DNA of 64,000 nt from Octopus sinensis (lineage: Eukaryota), in assembly GCF_006345805.1 (NCBI RefSeq), contig NC_043009.1, forward strand, positions 59,892,001 through 59,956,000. Reading direction: 5' to 3'. The notes beneath the pieces were generated by a model. That model was not told where the DNA came from. It worked only from the letters and a program-made list of their open reading frames with translations, and made no database searches. The translations under genes were made by a program, and so were the position numbers. Within the stretch, counting starts at the first letter, position 1. The number at the start of each line of letters is the position of its first letter. This document shows positions 39,362 through 51,821 of this stretch, piece after piece.

Positions 39362-42300
39362 AAACTGCAGTCTGAGAATTTTCCGGTTGTATTTAGTAAT
39401 GTTTTTATCTCATTTCACTTAATTTATCAAGCTTCTGTATTCCTAGCACATATTTCGCCTTAATGTACTGATATATGAAAAATATATGGCTTGTGTTAGT
39501 AATACCAGCGATTATAATTATTTTTATATTTTTTTATTCTATCGCAATTTGATTTGTTTACATATTTCTCGATAAATTATGAGCGCCAGGCGATATACCA
39601 GAATTCCCTAGTGTTCGGGACGTTCGGAGAGTGTCACGTTAGTAAGTCTGCGCAGTGATATGATTAGTTAGGAAGGTACTCATTAGACGCACATGCTTCT
39701 AGTGAGTTAGGATCCCAGAAAAACAGGGTCTCACTGATGAATTCTCCCTGGGCAAATAAATTATCTTGTTTGCTGAATTAGAAAGAAACTGCAGTCTGAG
39801 AATTTTCCGGTTTAGTAAATGTTTTTATCTTCATTTCACTTAATTTATCAAGCTTCTGTATTCCTAGCACATATTTCGCCTTAATGTACTGATATATGAA
39901 AAATATATGGCTTGTGTTAGTAATACCAGCGATTATAATTATTATTTTTTATTTTTTTATTCTATCGCAATTTGATTTGTTACATATTTCTCGATAAATT
40001 ATGAGCGCCAGGCGATATACCAGAATTCCCTAGTGTTGTCGGGACGTTCGGAGTCTGCGCAGTGATATGATTAGTTAGGAAGAGTAACTCATTAGACGCA
40101 CATGCTTCTAGTGAGTTAGGATCCCAGAAAAACAGGGTCTCACTGATGAATTCTCCCTGGGCAAATAAATTATCTTGTTTGCTGAATTAGAAAGAAACTG
40201 CAGTCTGAGAATTTTCCGGTTTAGTAAATGTTTTTATCTTCATTTCACTTAATTTATCAAGCTTCTGTATTCCTAGCACATATTTCGCCTTAATGTACTG
40301 ATATATGAAAAATATATGGCTTGTGTTAGTAATACCAGCGATTATAATTATTTTTTTTTTATTTTATTCTATCGCAATTTGATTTGTTTACATATTTCTC
40401 GATAAATTATGAGCGCCAGGCGATATACCAGAATTCCCTAGTGTTGTCGGGACGTTCGGAGTCTGCGCAGTGATATGATTAGTTAGGAAGAGTAACTCAT
40501 TAGACGCACATGCTTCTAGTGAGTTAGGATCCCAGAAAAACAGGGTCTCACTGATGAATTCTCCCTGGGCAAATAAATTATCTTGTTTGCTGAATTAGAA
40601 AGAAACTGCAGTCTGAGAATTTTCCGGTTTAGTAAATGTTTTTATCTTCATTTCACTTAATTTATCAAGCTTCTGTATTCCTAGCACATATTTCGCCTTA
40701 ATGTACTGATATATGAAAAATATATGGCTTGTGTTAGTAATACCAGCGATTATAATTATTTTTATATTTTTTTATTCTATCGCAATTTGATTTGTTTACA
40801 TATTTCTCGATAAATTATGAGCGCCAGGCGATATACCAGAATTCCCGTGTTGTCGGGACGTTCGGAGTCTGCGCAGTGATATGATTAGTAGGAAGAGTAA
40901 CTCATTAGACGCACATGCTTCTAGTGAGTTAGGATCCCAGAAAAACAGGGTCTCACTGATGAATTCTCCCTGGGCAAATAAATTATCTTGTTTGCTGAAT
41001 AGAAAGAAACTGCAGTCTGAGAATTTTCCGGTTTAGTAAATGTTTTTATCTTCATTTCACTTAATTTATCAAGCTTCTGTATTCCTAGCACATATTTCGC
41101 CTTAATGTACTGATATATGAAAAATATATGGCTTGTGTTAGTAATACCAGCGATTTAATTATTTTTATATTTTTTATTTATCGCAATTTGATTTGTTTAC
41201 ATATTTCTCGATAAATTATGAGCGCCAGGCGATATACCAGAATTCCTAGTGTTGTCGGGACGTTCGGAGTCTGCGCAGTGATATGATTAGTTAGGAAGAG
41301 TAACTCATTAGACGCACATGCTTCTAGTGAGTTAGGATCCCAGAAAAACAGGGTCTCACTGATGAATTCTCCCTGGGCAAATAAATATCTTGTTTGCTGA
41401 ATAGAAAGAAACTGCAGTCTGAGAATTTTCCGGTTTAGTAAATGTTTTTATCTTCATTTCACTTAATTTATCAAGCTTCTGTATTCCTAGCACATATTTC
41501 GCCTTAATGTACTGATATATGAAAAATATATGGCTTGTGTTAGTAATACCAGCGATTATAATTATTTTTATATTTTTTTATTCTATCGCAATTTGATTTG
41601 TTTACATATTTCTCGATAAATTATGAGCGCCAGGCGATATACCAGAATTCCCTAGTGTTGTCGGGACGTTCGGAGTCTGCGCAGTGATATGATTAGTTAG
41701 GAAGAGTAACTCATTAGACGCACATGCTTCTAGTGAGTTAGGATCCCAGAAAAACAGGGTCTCACTGATGAATTCTCCTGGGCAAATAAATTATCTTGTT
41801 TGCTGAATTAGAAAGAAACTGCAGTCTGAGAATTTTCCGGTTTAGTAAATGTTTTTATCTTCATTTCACTTAATTTATCAAGCTTCTGTATTCCTAGCAC
41901 ATATTTCGCCTTATGTACTGATATATGAAAAATATATGGCTTGTGTTAGTAATACCAGCGATTATAATTATTTTTTTTTTTTTTATCGCAATTTGATTTG
42001 TTTACATATTTCTCGATAAATTATGAGCGCCAGGCGATATACCAGAATTCCCTAGTGTTGTCGGGACGTTCGGAGTCTGCGCAGTGATATGATTAGTTAG
42101 GAAGAGTAACTCATTAGACGCACATGCTTCTAGTGAGTTAGGATCCCAGAAAAACAGGGTCTCACTGATGAATTCTCCCTGGGCAAATAAATTATCTTGT
42201 TTGCTGAATTAGAAAGAAACTGCAGTCTGAGAATTTTCCGGTTTAGTAAATGTTTTTATCTTCATTTCACTTAATTTATCAAGCTTCTGTATTCCTAGCA

Positions 42301-45240
42301 CATATTTCGCCTTAATGTACTGATATATGAAAAATATATGGCTTGTGTTAGTAATACCAGCGATTATAATTATTTTTATATTTTTTTATTCTATCGCAAT
42401 TTGATTTGTTTACATATTTCTCGATAAATTATGAGCGCCAGGCGATATACCAGAATTCCCTAGTGTTGTCGGGACGTTCGGAGTCTGCGCAGTGATATGA
42501 TTAGTTAGGAAGAGTAACTCATTAGACGCACATGCTTCTAGTGAGTTAGGATCCCAAAAAAACAGGGTCTCACTGATGAATTCTCCCTGGGCAAATAAAT
42601 TATCTTGTTTGCTGAATTAGAAAGAAACTGCAGTCTGAGAATTTTCCGGTTTAGTAAATGTTTTTATCTTCATTTCACTTAATTTATCAAGCTTCTGTAT
42701 TCCTAGCACATATTCGCCTTAATGTACTGATATATGAAAAATATATGGCTTGTGTTAGTAATACCAGCGATTATAATTATTTTTTTTATTCTATCGCAAT
42801 TTGATTTGTTTACATATTTCTCGATAAATTATGAGCGCCAGGCGATATACCAGAATTCCCTAGTGTTGTCGGGACGTTCGGAGTCTGCGCAGTGATATGA
42901 TTAGTTAGGAAGAGTAACTCACTAGACGCACATGCTTCTAGTGAGTTAGGATCCCAGAAAAACAGGGTCTCACTGATGAATTCTCCCTGGGCAAATAAAT
43001 TATCTTGTTTGCTGAATTAGAAAGAAACTGCAGTCTGAGAATCGTCCGGTTTAGTAAATGTTTTTATCTTCATTTCACTTAATTTATCAAGCTTCTGTAT
43101 TCCTAGCACATATTTCGCCTTAATGTACTGATATATGAAAAATATATGGCTTGTGTTAGTAATACCAGCGATTATAATTATTTTTTTTTATTCTATCGCA
43201 ATTTGATTTGTTTACATATTTCTCGATAAATTATGAGCGCCAGGCGATATACCAGAATTCCCTAGTGTTGTCGGGACGTTCGGAGTCTGCGCAGTGATAT
43301 GATTAGTTAGGAAGAGTAACTCATTAGACGCACATGCTTCTAGTGAGTTAGGATCCCAGAAAAACAGGGTCTCACTGATGAATTCTCCCTGGGCAAATAA
43401 ATTATCTTGTTTGCTGAATAGAAAGAAACTGCAGTCTGAGAATTTTCCGGTTTAGTAAATGTTTTTATCTTCATTTCACTTAATTTATCAAGCTTCTGTA
43501 TTCCTAGCACATATTTCGCCTTAATGTACTGATATATGAAAAATATATGGCTTGTGTTAGTAATACCAGCGATTATAATTATTTTTATTTTTTATTCTAT
43601 CGCAATTTGATTTGTTTACATATTTCTCGATAAATTATGAGCGCCAGGCGATATACCAGAATTCCCTAGTGTTGTCGGGACGTTCGGAGTCTGCGCAGTG
43701 ATATGATTAGTTAGGAAGAGTAACTCATTAGACGCACATGCTTCTAGTGAGTTAGGATCCCAGAAAAACAGGGTCTCACTGATGAATTCTCCCTGGGCAA
43801 ATAAATTTCTTGTTTGCTGAATAGAAAGAAACTGCAGTCTGAGAATTTTCCGGTTTAGTAAATGTTTTTATCTTCATTTCACTTAATTTATCAAGCTTCT
43901 GTATTCCTAGCACATATTTCGCCTTAATGTACTGATATATGAAAAATATATGGCTTGTGTTAGTAATACCAGCGATTATAATTATTTTATTTTTTTATTC
44001 TATCGCAATTTGATTTGTTTACATATTTCTCGATAAATTATGAGCGCCAGGCGATATACCAGAATTCCCTAGTGTTGTCGGGACGTTCGGAGTCTGCGCA
44101 GTGATATGATTAGTTAGGAGAGAGTAACTCATTAGACGCACATGCTTCTAGTGAGTTAGGATCCCAGAAAAACAGGGTCTCACTGATGAATTCTCCCTGG
44201 GCAAATAAATTATCTTGTTTGCTGAATTAGAAAGAAACTGCAGTCTGAGAATTTTCCGGTTTAGTAAATGTTTTTATCTTCATTTCACTTAATTTATCAA
44301 GCTTCTGTATTCCTAGCACATATTTCGCCTTAATGTACTGATATAAAAAATATATGGCTTGTGTTAGTAATACCAGCGATTATAATTATTTTTATTTTTT
44401 TATTCTATCGCAATTTGATTTGTTTACATATTTCTCGATAAATTATGAGCGCCAGGCGATATACCAGAATTCCCTAGTGTTGTCGGGACGTTCGGAGTCT
44501 GCGCAGTGATATGATTAGTTAGGAAGAGTAACTCATTAGACGCACATGCTTCTAGTGAGTTAGGATCCAGAAAAACAGGGTCTCACTGATGAATTCTCCC
44601 TGGGCAAATAAATTATCTTGTTTGCTGAATTAGAAAGAAACTGCAGTCTGAGAATTTTCCGGTTAGTAAATGTTTTTATCTTCATTTCACTTAATTTATC
44701 AAGCTTCTGTATTCCTAGCACATATTTCGCCTTAATGTACTGATATATGAAAAATATATGGCTTGTGTTAGTAATACCAGCGATTATAATTATTTTTATA
44801 TTTTTTTATTCTATCGCAATTTGATTTGTTTACATATTTCTCGATAAATTATGAGCGCCAGGCGATATACCAGAATTCCCTAGTGTTGTCGGGACGTTCG
44901 GAGTCTGCGCAGTGATATGATTAGTTAGGAAGAGTAACTCATTAGACGCACATGCTTCTAGTGAGTTAGGATCCCAGAAAAACAGGGTCTCACTGATGAA
45001 TTCTCCCTGGGCAAATAAATTATCTTGTTTGCTGAATTAGAAAGAAACTGCAGTCTGAGAATTTTCCGGTTTAGTAAATGTTTTTATCTTCATTTCACTT
45101 AATTTATCAAGCTTCTGTATTCCTAGCACATATTTCGCCTTAATGTACTGATATATGAAAAATATATGGCTTGTGTTAGTAATACCAGCGATTATAATTA
45201 TTTTTATATTTTTTTATTCTATCGCAATTTGATTTGTTTA
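39362..45240 (+). repeat. Tandem array of ~405-bp units (14 full + ~0.5) with one hammerhead ribozyme per unit; putative non-LTR retrozyme/ribozyme satellite
   Basis: Unit starts (AAACTGCAG) at 39362, 39786, 40195, 40603, 41007, 41409, 41816, 42217, 42625, 43025, 43426, 43829, 44235, 44638, 45045. Units are near-identical; (TA)n lies on both sides. Confidence 0.97.
39715..39810 (+). ncRNA. Type I hammerhead ribozyme (first of 14 copies)
   Basis: Stem I TCTCA(39729-33)/TGAGA(39797-801); core CTGATGA 39734-40; stem II TTCT(39742-45)/AGAA(39780-83) plus an inner hairpin GCAAATA/TGTTTGC; GAAAC 39785-89, loop TGCA, GTC 39794-96 (cleavage after 39796). Equivalent sites at 40205, 40613, 41017, 41419, 41826, 42227, 42635, 43035, 43436, 43839, 44245, 44648, 45055. 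Confidence 0.88.
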
Positions 45241-45581
45241 TATATATATATATATATATTACTCAAATTCCGACTTCGCCTGATTTTCACGTTTTTATTA
45301 CAACCTTATGTAATTAAATAATGATATAAATTATATAAGATGATATAATATAATGAAATGATAGAATATTAGGTGTCCATTCTGATTGAACTAGTACTTT
45401 CATGCATTAAACTACGCAATCTTCAGGTTCATGTAGTAGTGGTGACAGTTATGTTTTACATATGCGTGTGTATGTATGTAATTATTCAATTTTATTTCAA
45501 GATTTCTTGACAATAGAGAAAGAGCCGGTTTCTAACCTAGAGCCAAGTCTTTTTCATTGGAATTTCAACACCAACAACATG

Positions 45582-45612
<31 letters not shown>

Positions 45613-46835
45613 TGTATGTATGTATGTATGTATGTATCTATGTATGTATGTATGTATGTATGTATGTACGTAGATTTGTATTTTTGTGTGTATATAATTA
45701 AAATATAGTTGAGCTGTCCTCTAAAATGCAAGGAGATATATTCAGAACCAAAATAAATTGTAAATGTTTCCACATTCAGGTCTTCATATGTCCCTCTCAA
45801 CCGATTTCAACTCTTACTGGAGTATTCATTATGGATAAGTAACTACAAAATGTCTGTACAGTGTAGTTTTAATAGTAAGAGATGCTATAAAGACCTGCTA
45901 TAAGCAGAGCCATAATAAATGTTCAACCGGTTTCAACTCTTATTGACATATTCACGGTCAATGAGTAATAACAGAGGGTAGTTTTTTTTAGGAGAATTCT
46001 TCCGTAAACATTTGAATTCGGGAAGAAAATTGCCGCCAAATCCTACGGCGTGTAAAAAAAATAATCAATTCTACGTTTTCGTTCTTCCTCCCCATTTCTC
46101 TCTCTCTCTCACTCACTCACTCACTCACCTCTCTTACTCTCTCTCTATTTTCAAATTTTTGAGAAAAAAGACAAAAAGATTCTGTGATTATATGCATTAC
46201 TTTTCTAACTTACAAAACTATCGATTTTAATTCTCAAATACTTAAAGTGGACTTCACATGGTAGAGGTTCAGCTTAGACTAAAAATAAGTACGATTTTCT
46301 TGTTATCACCAAGAAAATAAATAATAATTAGATATAATATAGTGTAATATAATTCTGCAGTTAAATATGATTATTATTGTTATGAAATAAACCGAAGATA
46401 AAATAAATTTACACCTACTCACTCAAAGAAAACGTATTGACCAATCAGATTATCGCTTGTCAGTCATTATTCATAGTGGGTTACCATTAATATAATTAAT
46501 TGTGATTATATCATTATTAGTGGGTTCGCTAAAGTGACAGCAGTTATCAGATATCTTCTCGTGAATGTAATGACCTAAGAAATGAAGTAAATCAAGTGTG
46601 TATCTTACTCTCCTTAACACATTCATACACATACACACACACATACATACATACATACATACATACATACATACACATACATACATACATACACCTACAC
46701 ACATACGCGCGTCTGCACACATACACATTGAATTGTGCCGATAACTAAGAAAAAAATAGGTCTCGACGGAAAATATTTATATTCGAAAAGAAAACGACCC
46801 CCAAGCCCTCAGCTGGGAAAAAAGTAATCTATCCT

Positions 46836-46837
<2 letters not shown>

Positions 46838-46884
<47 letters not shown>

Positions 46885-47178
46885 CTTCTGTTCTCTTCTT
46901 CCTCCTTTTTTTTGTCTCGACTTCTTCCTTTCCTGCTCCTCTTCCTCTCCTTCTCCACTTCCCCTCCTTCTCCACTTCCCCTCAAGCTCTTCTTGCGCCT
47001 CCTCCAGCTCCTCCTCCTCCTCTTCTTCCTTTCTTCTTCCTCTCATCCTCCTCTGCCCTCTTCCTCTCTTCCACCCTGCCTCATCTTCCTCTCATCCTCT
47101 CGTTTTCCTTTTCCTCTTCTTCTCTCCTCCTCCTCTGTTTCTCTCCCCTTCTCCCCTCCTCTTCTTCCCATCCACTTC
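46838..47178. repeat. (CT)n / CT-rich polypyrimidine tract
   Basis: Seen directly. Confidence 0.9.
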
Positions 47179-47589
47179 CTCTCATCCGAAAATAAAATAG
47201 ACCAATCAAAGGCACGCCAGCGTACATATTTATATGTGTATATGTGTGAGTGCGCGCGTGCGCGCGTGTTTATAACACAGAACGATACAGGTGTATCAAA
47301 TACCATATACTATAAATTTTTGAATTATTTAAGTATCTCCGCCTCTAGAGAATGTATCCTAATGATCAAATTACAATTAAAATTAATCCCAGTCGAGGAG
47401 ACACACATTCACACATACATCCCCCCCCTGACACACACATACACATACACCCACACCGGAGCTTAATCTGATGATTTTTTTTATGCCTCCTTTTCTTAGA
47501 AACAGTCAACGGCGATGGAGAGCATAAAGTTTATAATTGAAAAAGTTAGCTGATATGAAAGACTAGAAGCCATTTGAATATTGGAAACT

Positions 47590-47900
47590 GTTAACCTGTA
47601 TCTTGATGTTTCGCGCCGGGTGTCAAAATGCCGACACCATGACCGCTTTTCAACGCTTTGTGAACACTGTAAAGGCTACAAGACGTGACATGAACAGCTG
47701 CAACGGAGACTACGAAGCCGTAGCCACCAGGAAGAAACACAGCAGGCGTTCTGACTGCATCCAAATGCCTGAATTTATTCAACAACTGCAGGACAAGATG
47801 ATGGAAGATCCAAATAAGAGAATCCGCCGTTGGCGAGAGAGCTGGGTGTTGTCGTCACCACCATGAAGCTGACCCTGAAGGAGGACATTTGCTTTCACTT
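47590..47900 (+). mobile_element. Tc1/mariner (maT-like) transposase N-terminal fragment, decayed
   Basis: RKKHSRRSDCIQMPEFIQQLQDKMMEDPNKRIR, then frameshifted xRELGV...TMKLTLKED, resembling the HTH region of DD37D-type transposases (from memory). Confidence 0.55.
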
Positions 47901-48189
47901 AAATAAAACGAAACTATGGATAACATCCTTACTATGATGAAAAAGTTTGGATTAGGTCTCTGCTTTAAGAATAATTTCTTTCTGTTAACACTGTCAGGTT
48001 CAGAGGCCACGCAAAAATAATTAATTGATTAATAGTGAGAGAAACAGTATTGATTCAAAAAGGTAATACTTATCTCCACTTAAAAGTGGATGTTTTGTTT
48101 GAACACAGTATAATACGTTAGTTATCATGGGAGGTCTATGCATATAGAGCAGTGGTACATATAAGCACTCGTGTTCATATCACTTATTT

Positions 48190-49552
48190 CTTTACTGCTC
48201 ACAAGGGGCTACTCACAGAGGAGACAAACAAGGTCAGACAAACGGATTAAGTAGATTACATCGACGCCAGTGCGTAACTGGTACTTAATTTATCGACCCC
48301 GAAAGGATGAAAGGCAAAGTCGACCTCGGCGGAATTTGAACTCACAACGTAACGACAGGTGAAATACCGCTAAGCATTTCGCCCGGCGTGCTAACGTTTC
48401 TACCAGCTCGCTCCTGGTGTTCATGTCACTACCGGGAGATAATCGCCGTCGGGAGTGATTTCTGCCTTCATTGGCCTTGTCAATGGTAGACGCCCAAAGC
48501 TAGAGATAACAATGATTCCTCCGTCAGTGATATACATAGAATCAATCTCAGTGTCTAATCAGGTACTGGCATCTCAAAGAGCCAGTGGACCTAATAATGG
48601 CTTTAAATTTTGGCATATTTTGAGGGAGTTTGAGGGAGGGGCTGAGTCGATTAAATCTATCCCAGTGTTCAAATTGTACTTATTTTATCGATCTCGAAAA
48701 GATGAATAGTTTAGTCGACCACGATGGAATTTGAACTTAGAACATGAAGACGGACGAAACACCGCTAAGCATTTTGCCAGTTCGCCGCCAACAATGGACT
48801 CAATAAGAATCCTTTCTCCTAAAGGCACAAATCCCCAAACTTTGGGGTAGGTGGATATATTTTTACATCGATCCCCAGTACTCAACTGGTACTTATTTTA
48901 TCGGCCCCGAAAAGGATGAAAGACAAAGTCGACTGCGATGGAATTTGAACTCAGAATGTGAAGATGGACAAAATACCTATTTCTTTACTACCCACAAGGG
49001 GCTAAACACAGAGGGGACAAACAAGGACAGACAAACGGATTAAGTCGATTACATCGACCCCATTGAGTAACTGGTACTTATTTAATCGACCCCGAAAGGA
49101 TGAAAGGCAAAGTCGACCTCGGCGGAATTTGAACTCAGAACGTAACGGCAGACGAACTTTACACCTCACAAGGGACTAAACACAAAGAGGACAAACGGAT
49201 TAAGTCGATTATATCGACGCTAGTGCGTAACTGGTACTTATTATTCGACCCCGAAAGGATGAAAGGCAAAGTCGACCTTGGCGGAATTTGAACTCAGAAC
49301 GTAGCGGCAGACGAGATACCTATTTCTTTACACCTCACAAGAGGCTAAACACAGAGAGGACAAACAAGGACAGACAAACGGATTAAGTCGATTATATCGA
49401 TCCTAGTGCGTAACTGGTACTTATTTAATCGACCCCGAAAGGATGAAAGGCAAAGTCAACCTCGGCGGAATTTGAACTCAGAACGTAGCGGCAGACGAAA
49501 TACTGCCAGGCACATCGCCCGGCGTGGTAACGTTTCTGCCAGCTCGCCGCTA
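48190..49552 (-). mobile_element. Cluster of family C SINEs, including a ~4-unit concatemer (48850-49552)
   Basis: Repeated ATCGACCCCGAAAGGATGAAAGGCAAAGTCGACCTCGGCGG. Confidence 0.88.
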
Positions 49553-50189
49553 AAAGTGGGCTTAATTATAATAAAGAATCGGATACACTGCTAATTTCCA
49601 CCATGCCTAAACGATAAGAAAGAAAAGAATAAACCCAGAAAACAAAACGCTTTATTACTCCAATCATGCTATATCATTCAATAAGACAATGTAGAATTTA
49701 TTGATTTCTCAGCAAAAAATCAACAACCACACAAGGAAGAATCTTATCTGAGATTTAAACAACCAAGGTTAAGCACTAACTAAGGGTGTCAGTAAAAACA
49801 ACAGAAAATTCAATTCTTTAGAGTTATTAAAAAATCAATAATGTTAATGTATCAATGAGAGAGAAGAGCGTTTTATAGTTTTTGGCAGGAGACACTCACT
49901 TCATACGTTTCTTAAAAAGAGGAAAAGAAAGAGAGAGGAACAAAAACTATTGATTTGAAATCAAGACCTATGAGATGTTAGTCAAGCACTATACCTACTC
50001 AGCCTTTTCGCATGTGTATGTACGGATAGTTTTAACTGTTCTGCTACCCGGCAGCCCAGCAACCCTCTACTCCGTGGTGGGCCGCATGCCAAAATTCCAA
50101 AATGCTTAGCAGAAACAAGATCAAAAAACGAGATCGATCGGTGTTTGTAGAAAAATCTAAGAAATGAATCTGTTCGGTGAAGTGTATTG

Positions 50190-50202
50190 TGATGTGTGTG
50201 TA

Positions 50203-50253
<51 letters not shown>

Positions 50254-50955
50254 GTTGTATATGTGTTTGTGTGTGTGTTGGAAATTTTGGGCTTGTGTGT
50301 GTGTGTGTGTTTGTGTATGTGTGTGTGTGTGTTTGTGTATGTGTGTGTGTATGTGTGTGTGGTGTTTGTGTATGTGTTTGAGTGTGTGTCGGGATTTTGG
50401 GGCTTGTGTGTGTGTGTGTTTGTGTGTGTGTGTATGTGTGTGCGTGTATTGTGTGTATGTGTGTGTGTGTGTATGTGTGTGCGTGTATGTGTGTGTATGT
50501 GTGTATGTGTGTGTGTGTATGTGTGTTGTGTATGTGTGTGGTGTTTGTGTATGTGTTTGAGTGTGTCGGGAATTTTGGGCTTGTGTGGGTTTGTGTGTGT
50601 GGTGTGTGTGTATATGTGTGTGTGTGTGTTTGTGTATGCGTTTGAGTGTGTGTTGGGAATTTTGGGCTTGTGTGTGTGTGTGTTTGTGTATGTGTGTATG
50701 TGTGTGTGTGTATGTGTGTGTGTATGTGTGTGTGTGTTTGTGTATGTGTTTGAGTGTGTGTCGGGAATTTTGGGCTTGTGTGTGTGTGTTTGTGTGTGTG
50801 TGTATGTGTGTGCGTGTATGTGTGTGTATGTGTGTGTGTGTATGTGTGTGCGTGTATGTGTGTGTATGTGTGTATGTGTGTGTGTGTATGTGTGTGTGTA
50901 TGTGTGTGTGTGTTTGTGTATGTGTTTGAGTGTGTGTCGGGAATTTTGGGCTTGT

Positions 50956-51000
<45 letters not shown>

Positions 51001-51070
51001 TGGTTGTATATGTGTTTGTGTGTGTGTTGGAAATTTTGGGCTTGTGTGTGTGTGCATGTGTGTGTGTGTG
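50190..51070. repeat. (TG)n-rich minisatellite punctuated by GG(G)AATTTTGGGCTTG, 7 copies
   Basis: Spacer at ~50280, 50390, 50567, 50655, 50761, 50938, 51028. Confidence 0.88.
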
Positions 51071-51753
51071 CAGGTGTTTAGTATGTGTATATAGTGTTTG
51101 AACATGCTGTGTCTGTGTATGTGTGTATGCGGTGCGTGGTGTATGTGTGTGTGTTTAGTGTGTTTGTGTGTATGTTTGTATATGTGATGTATGGTGTGTG
51201 TGCTGCGTTCTTGTGTTTTCTGTATGCATATGCAGTGTGCATATTACAGGAAGTGTGTGTGTATGTGTGTGTGTGTGTACATGTGGATAACGTGTGTGTG
51301 TGTGTGTATGGTATGTGCATGAGTATAATGTGTATCTGTGAGGTATGTTTATGGATATATGTGTGTATGTGTATTTATATACGTATTTGTTAATGTGTGT
51401 GTCTGTTTATATGTGTATGTGTCTGGTGTGGATATGTTTTTGTTATCAAAATTATTTGTTTGGTTTGGGAGAAAGAACTGTGCACATTGTTTTCACCGAT
51501 CCCCAGAGACTGGCGAGATCGATAGATCGAAGCCGTTGATGTTTTATTTAAACAATTACAGTTGTAAGGAAAAACGTGCAGGAACGGATTGCAAAGGGCG
51601 AACGTTCTTTCATGAAAAAAAAAAAGACTTTAGCGTAGTAAGGAACGATAAGGGTGACGGGAGGAGGAAAAAATGAATGAATCGGTGAAATAAACATGAG
51701 ACTAGCTGCCTCTGAGGAGCCGAGGCCCTTGTAATAGCGGTCAAATTAGGGAG

Positions 51754-51821
<68 letters not shown>

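Noticed and set aside
40040-40060. GTTCGGAGTC as a Pol III B-box within the monomer
   Set aside because: Mismatch to GTTCRANNC and no convincing A-box at a proper distance; the promoter of the array remains unknown.
39362-45240. Array as cloning-vector contamination (PstI, HindIII, EcoRI x2, BamHI sites per unit), as a CRISPR array, or as an snRNA/5S/histone gene cluster
   Set aside because: The sites are dispersed rather than a polylinker, and the PstI site is the ribozyme stem III palindrome. There are no unique spacers. No 5S, U1, U2 or histone sequence was found; AGCACATAT resembles U6 over only 9 nt.
46430-47300. CCAAT boxes and a CT/GA tract as a promoter
   Set aside because: No downstream exon or ORF could be linked; the motifs are short and common.
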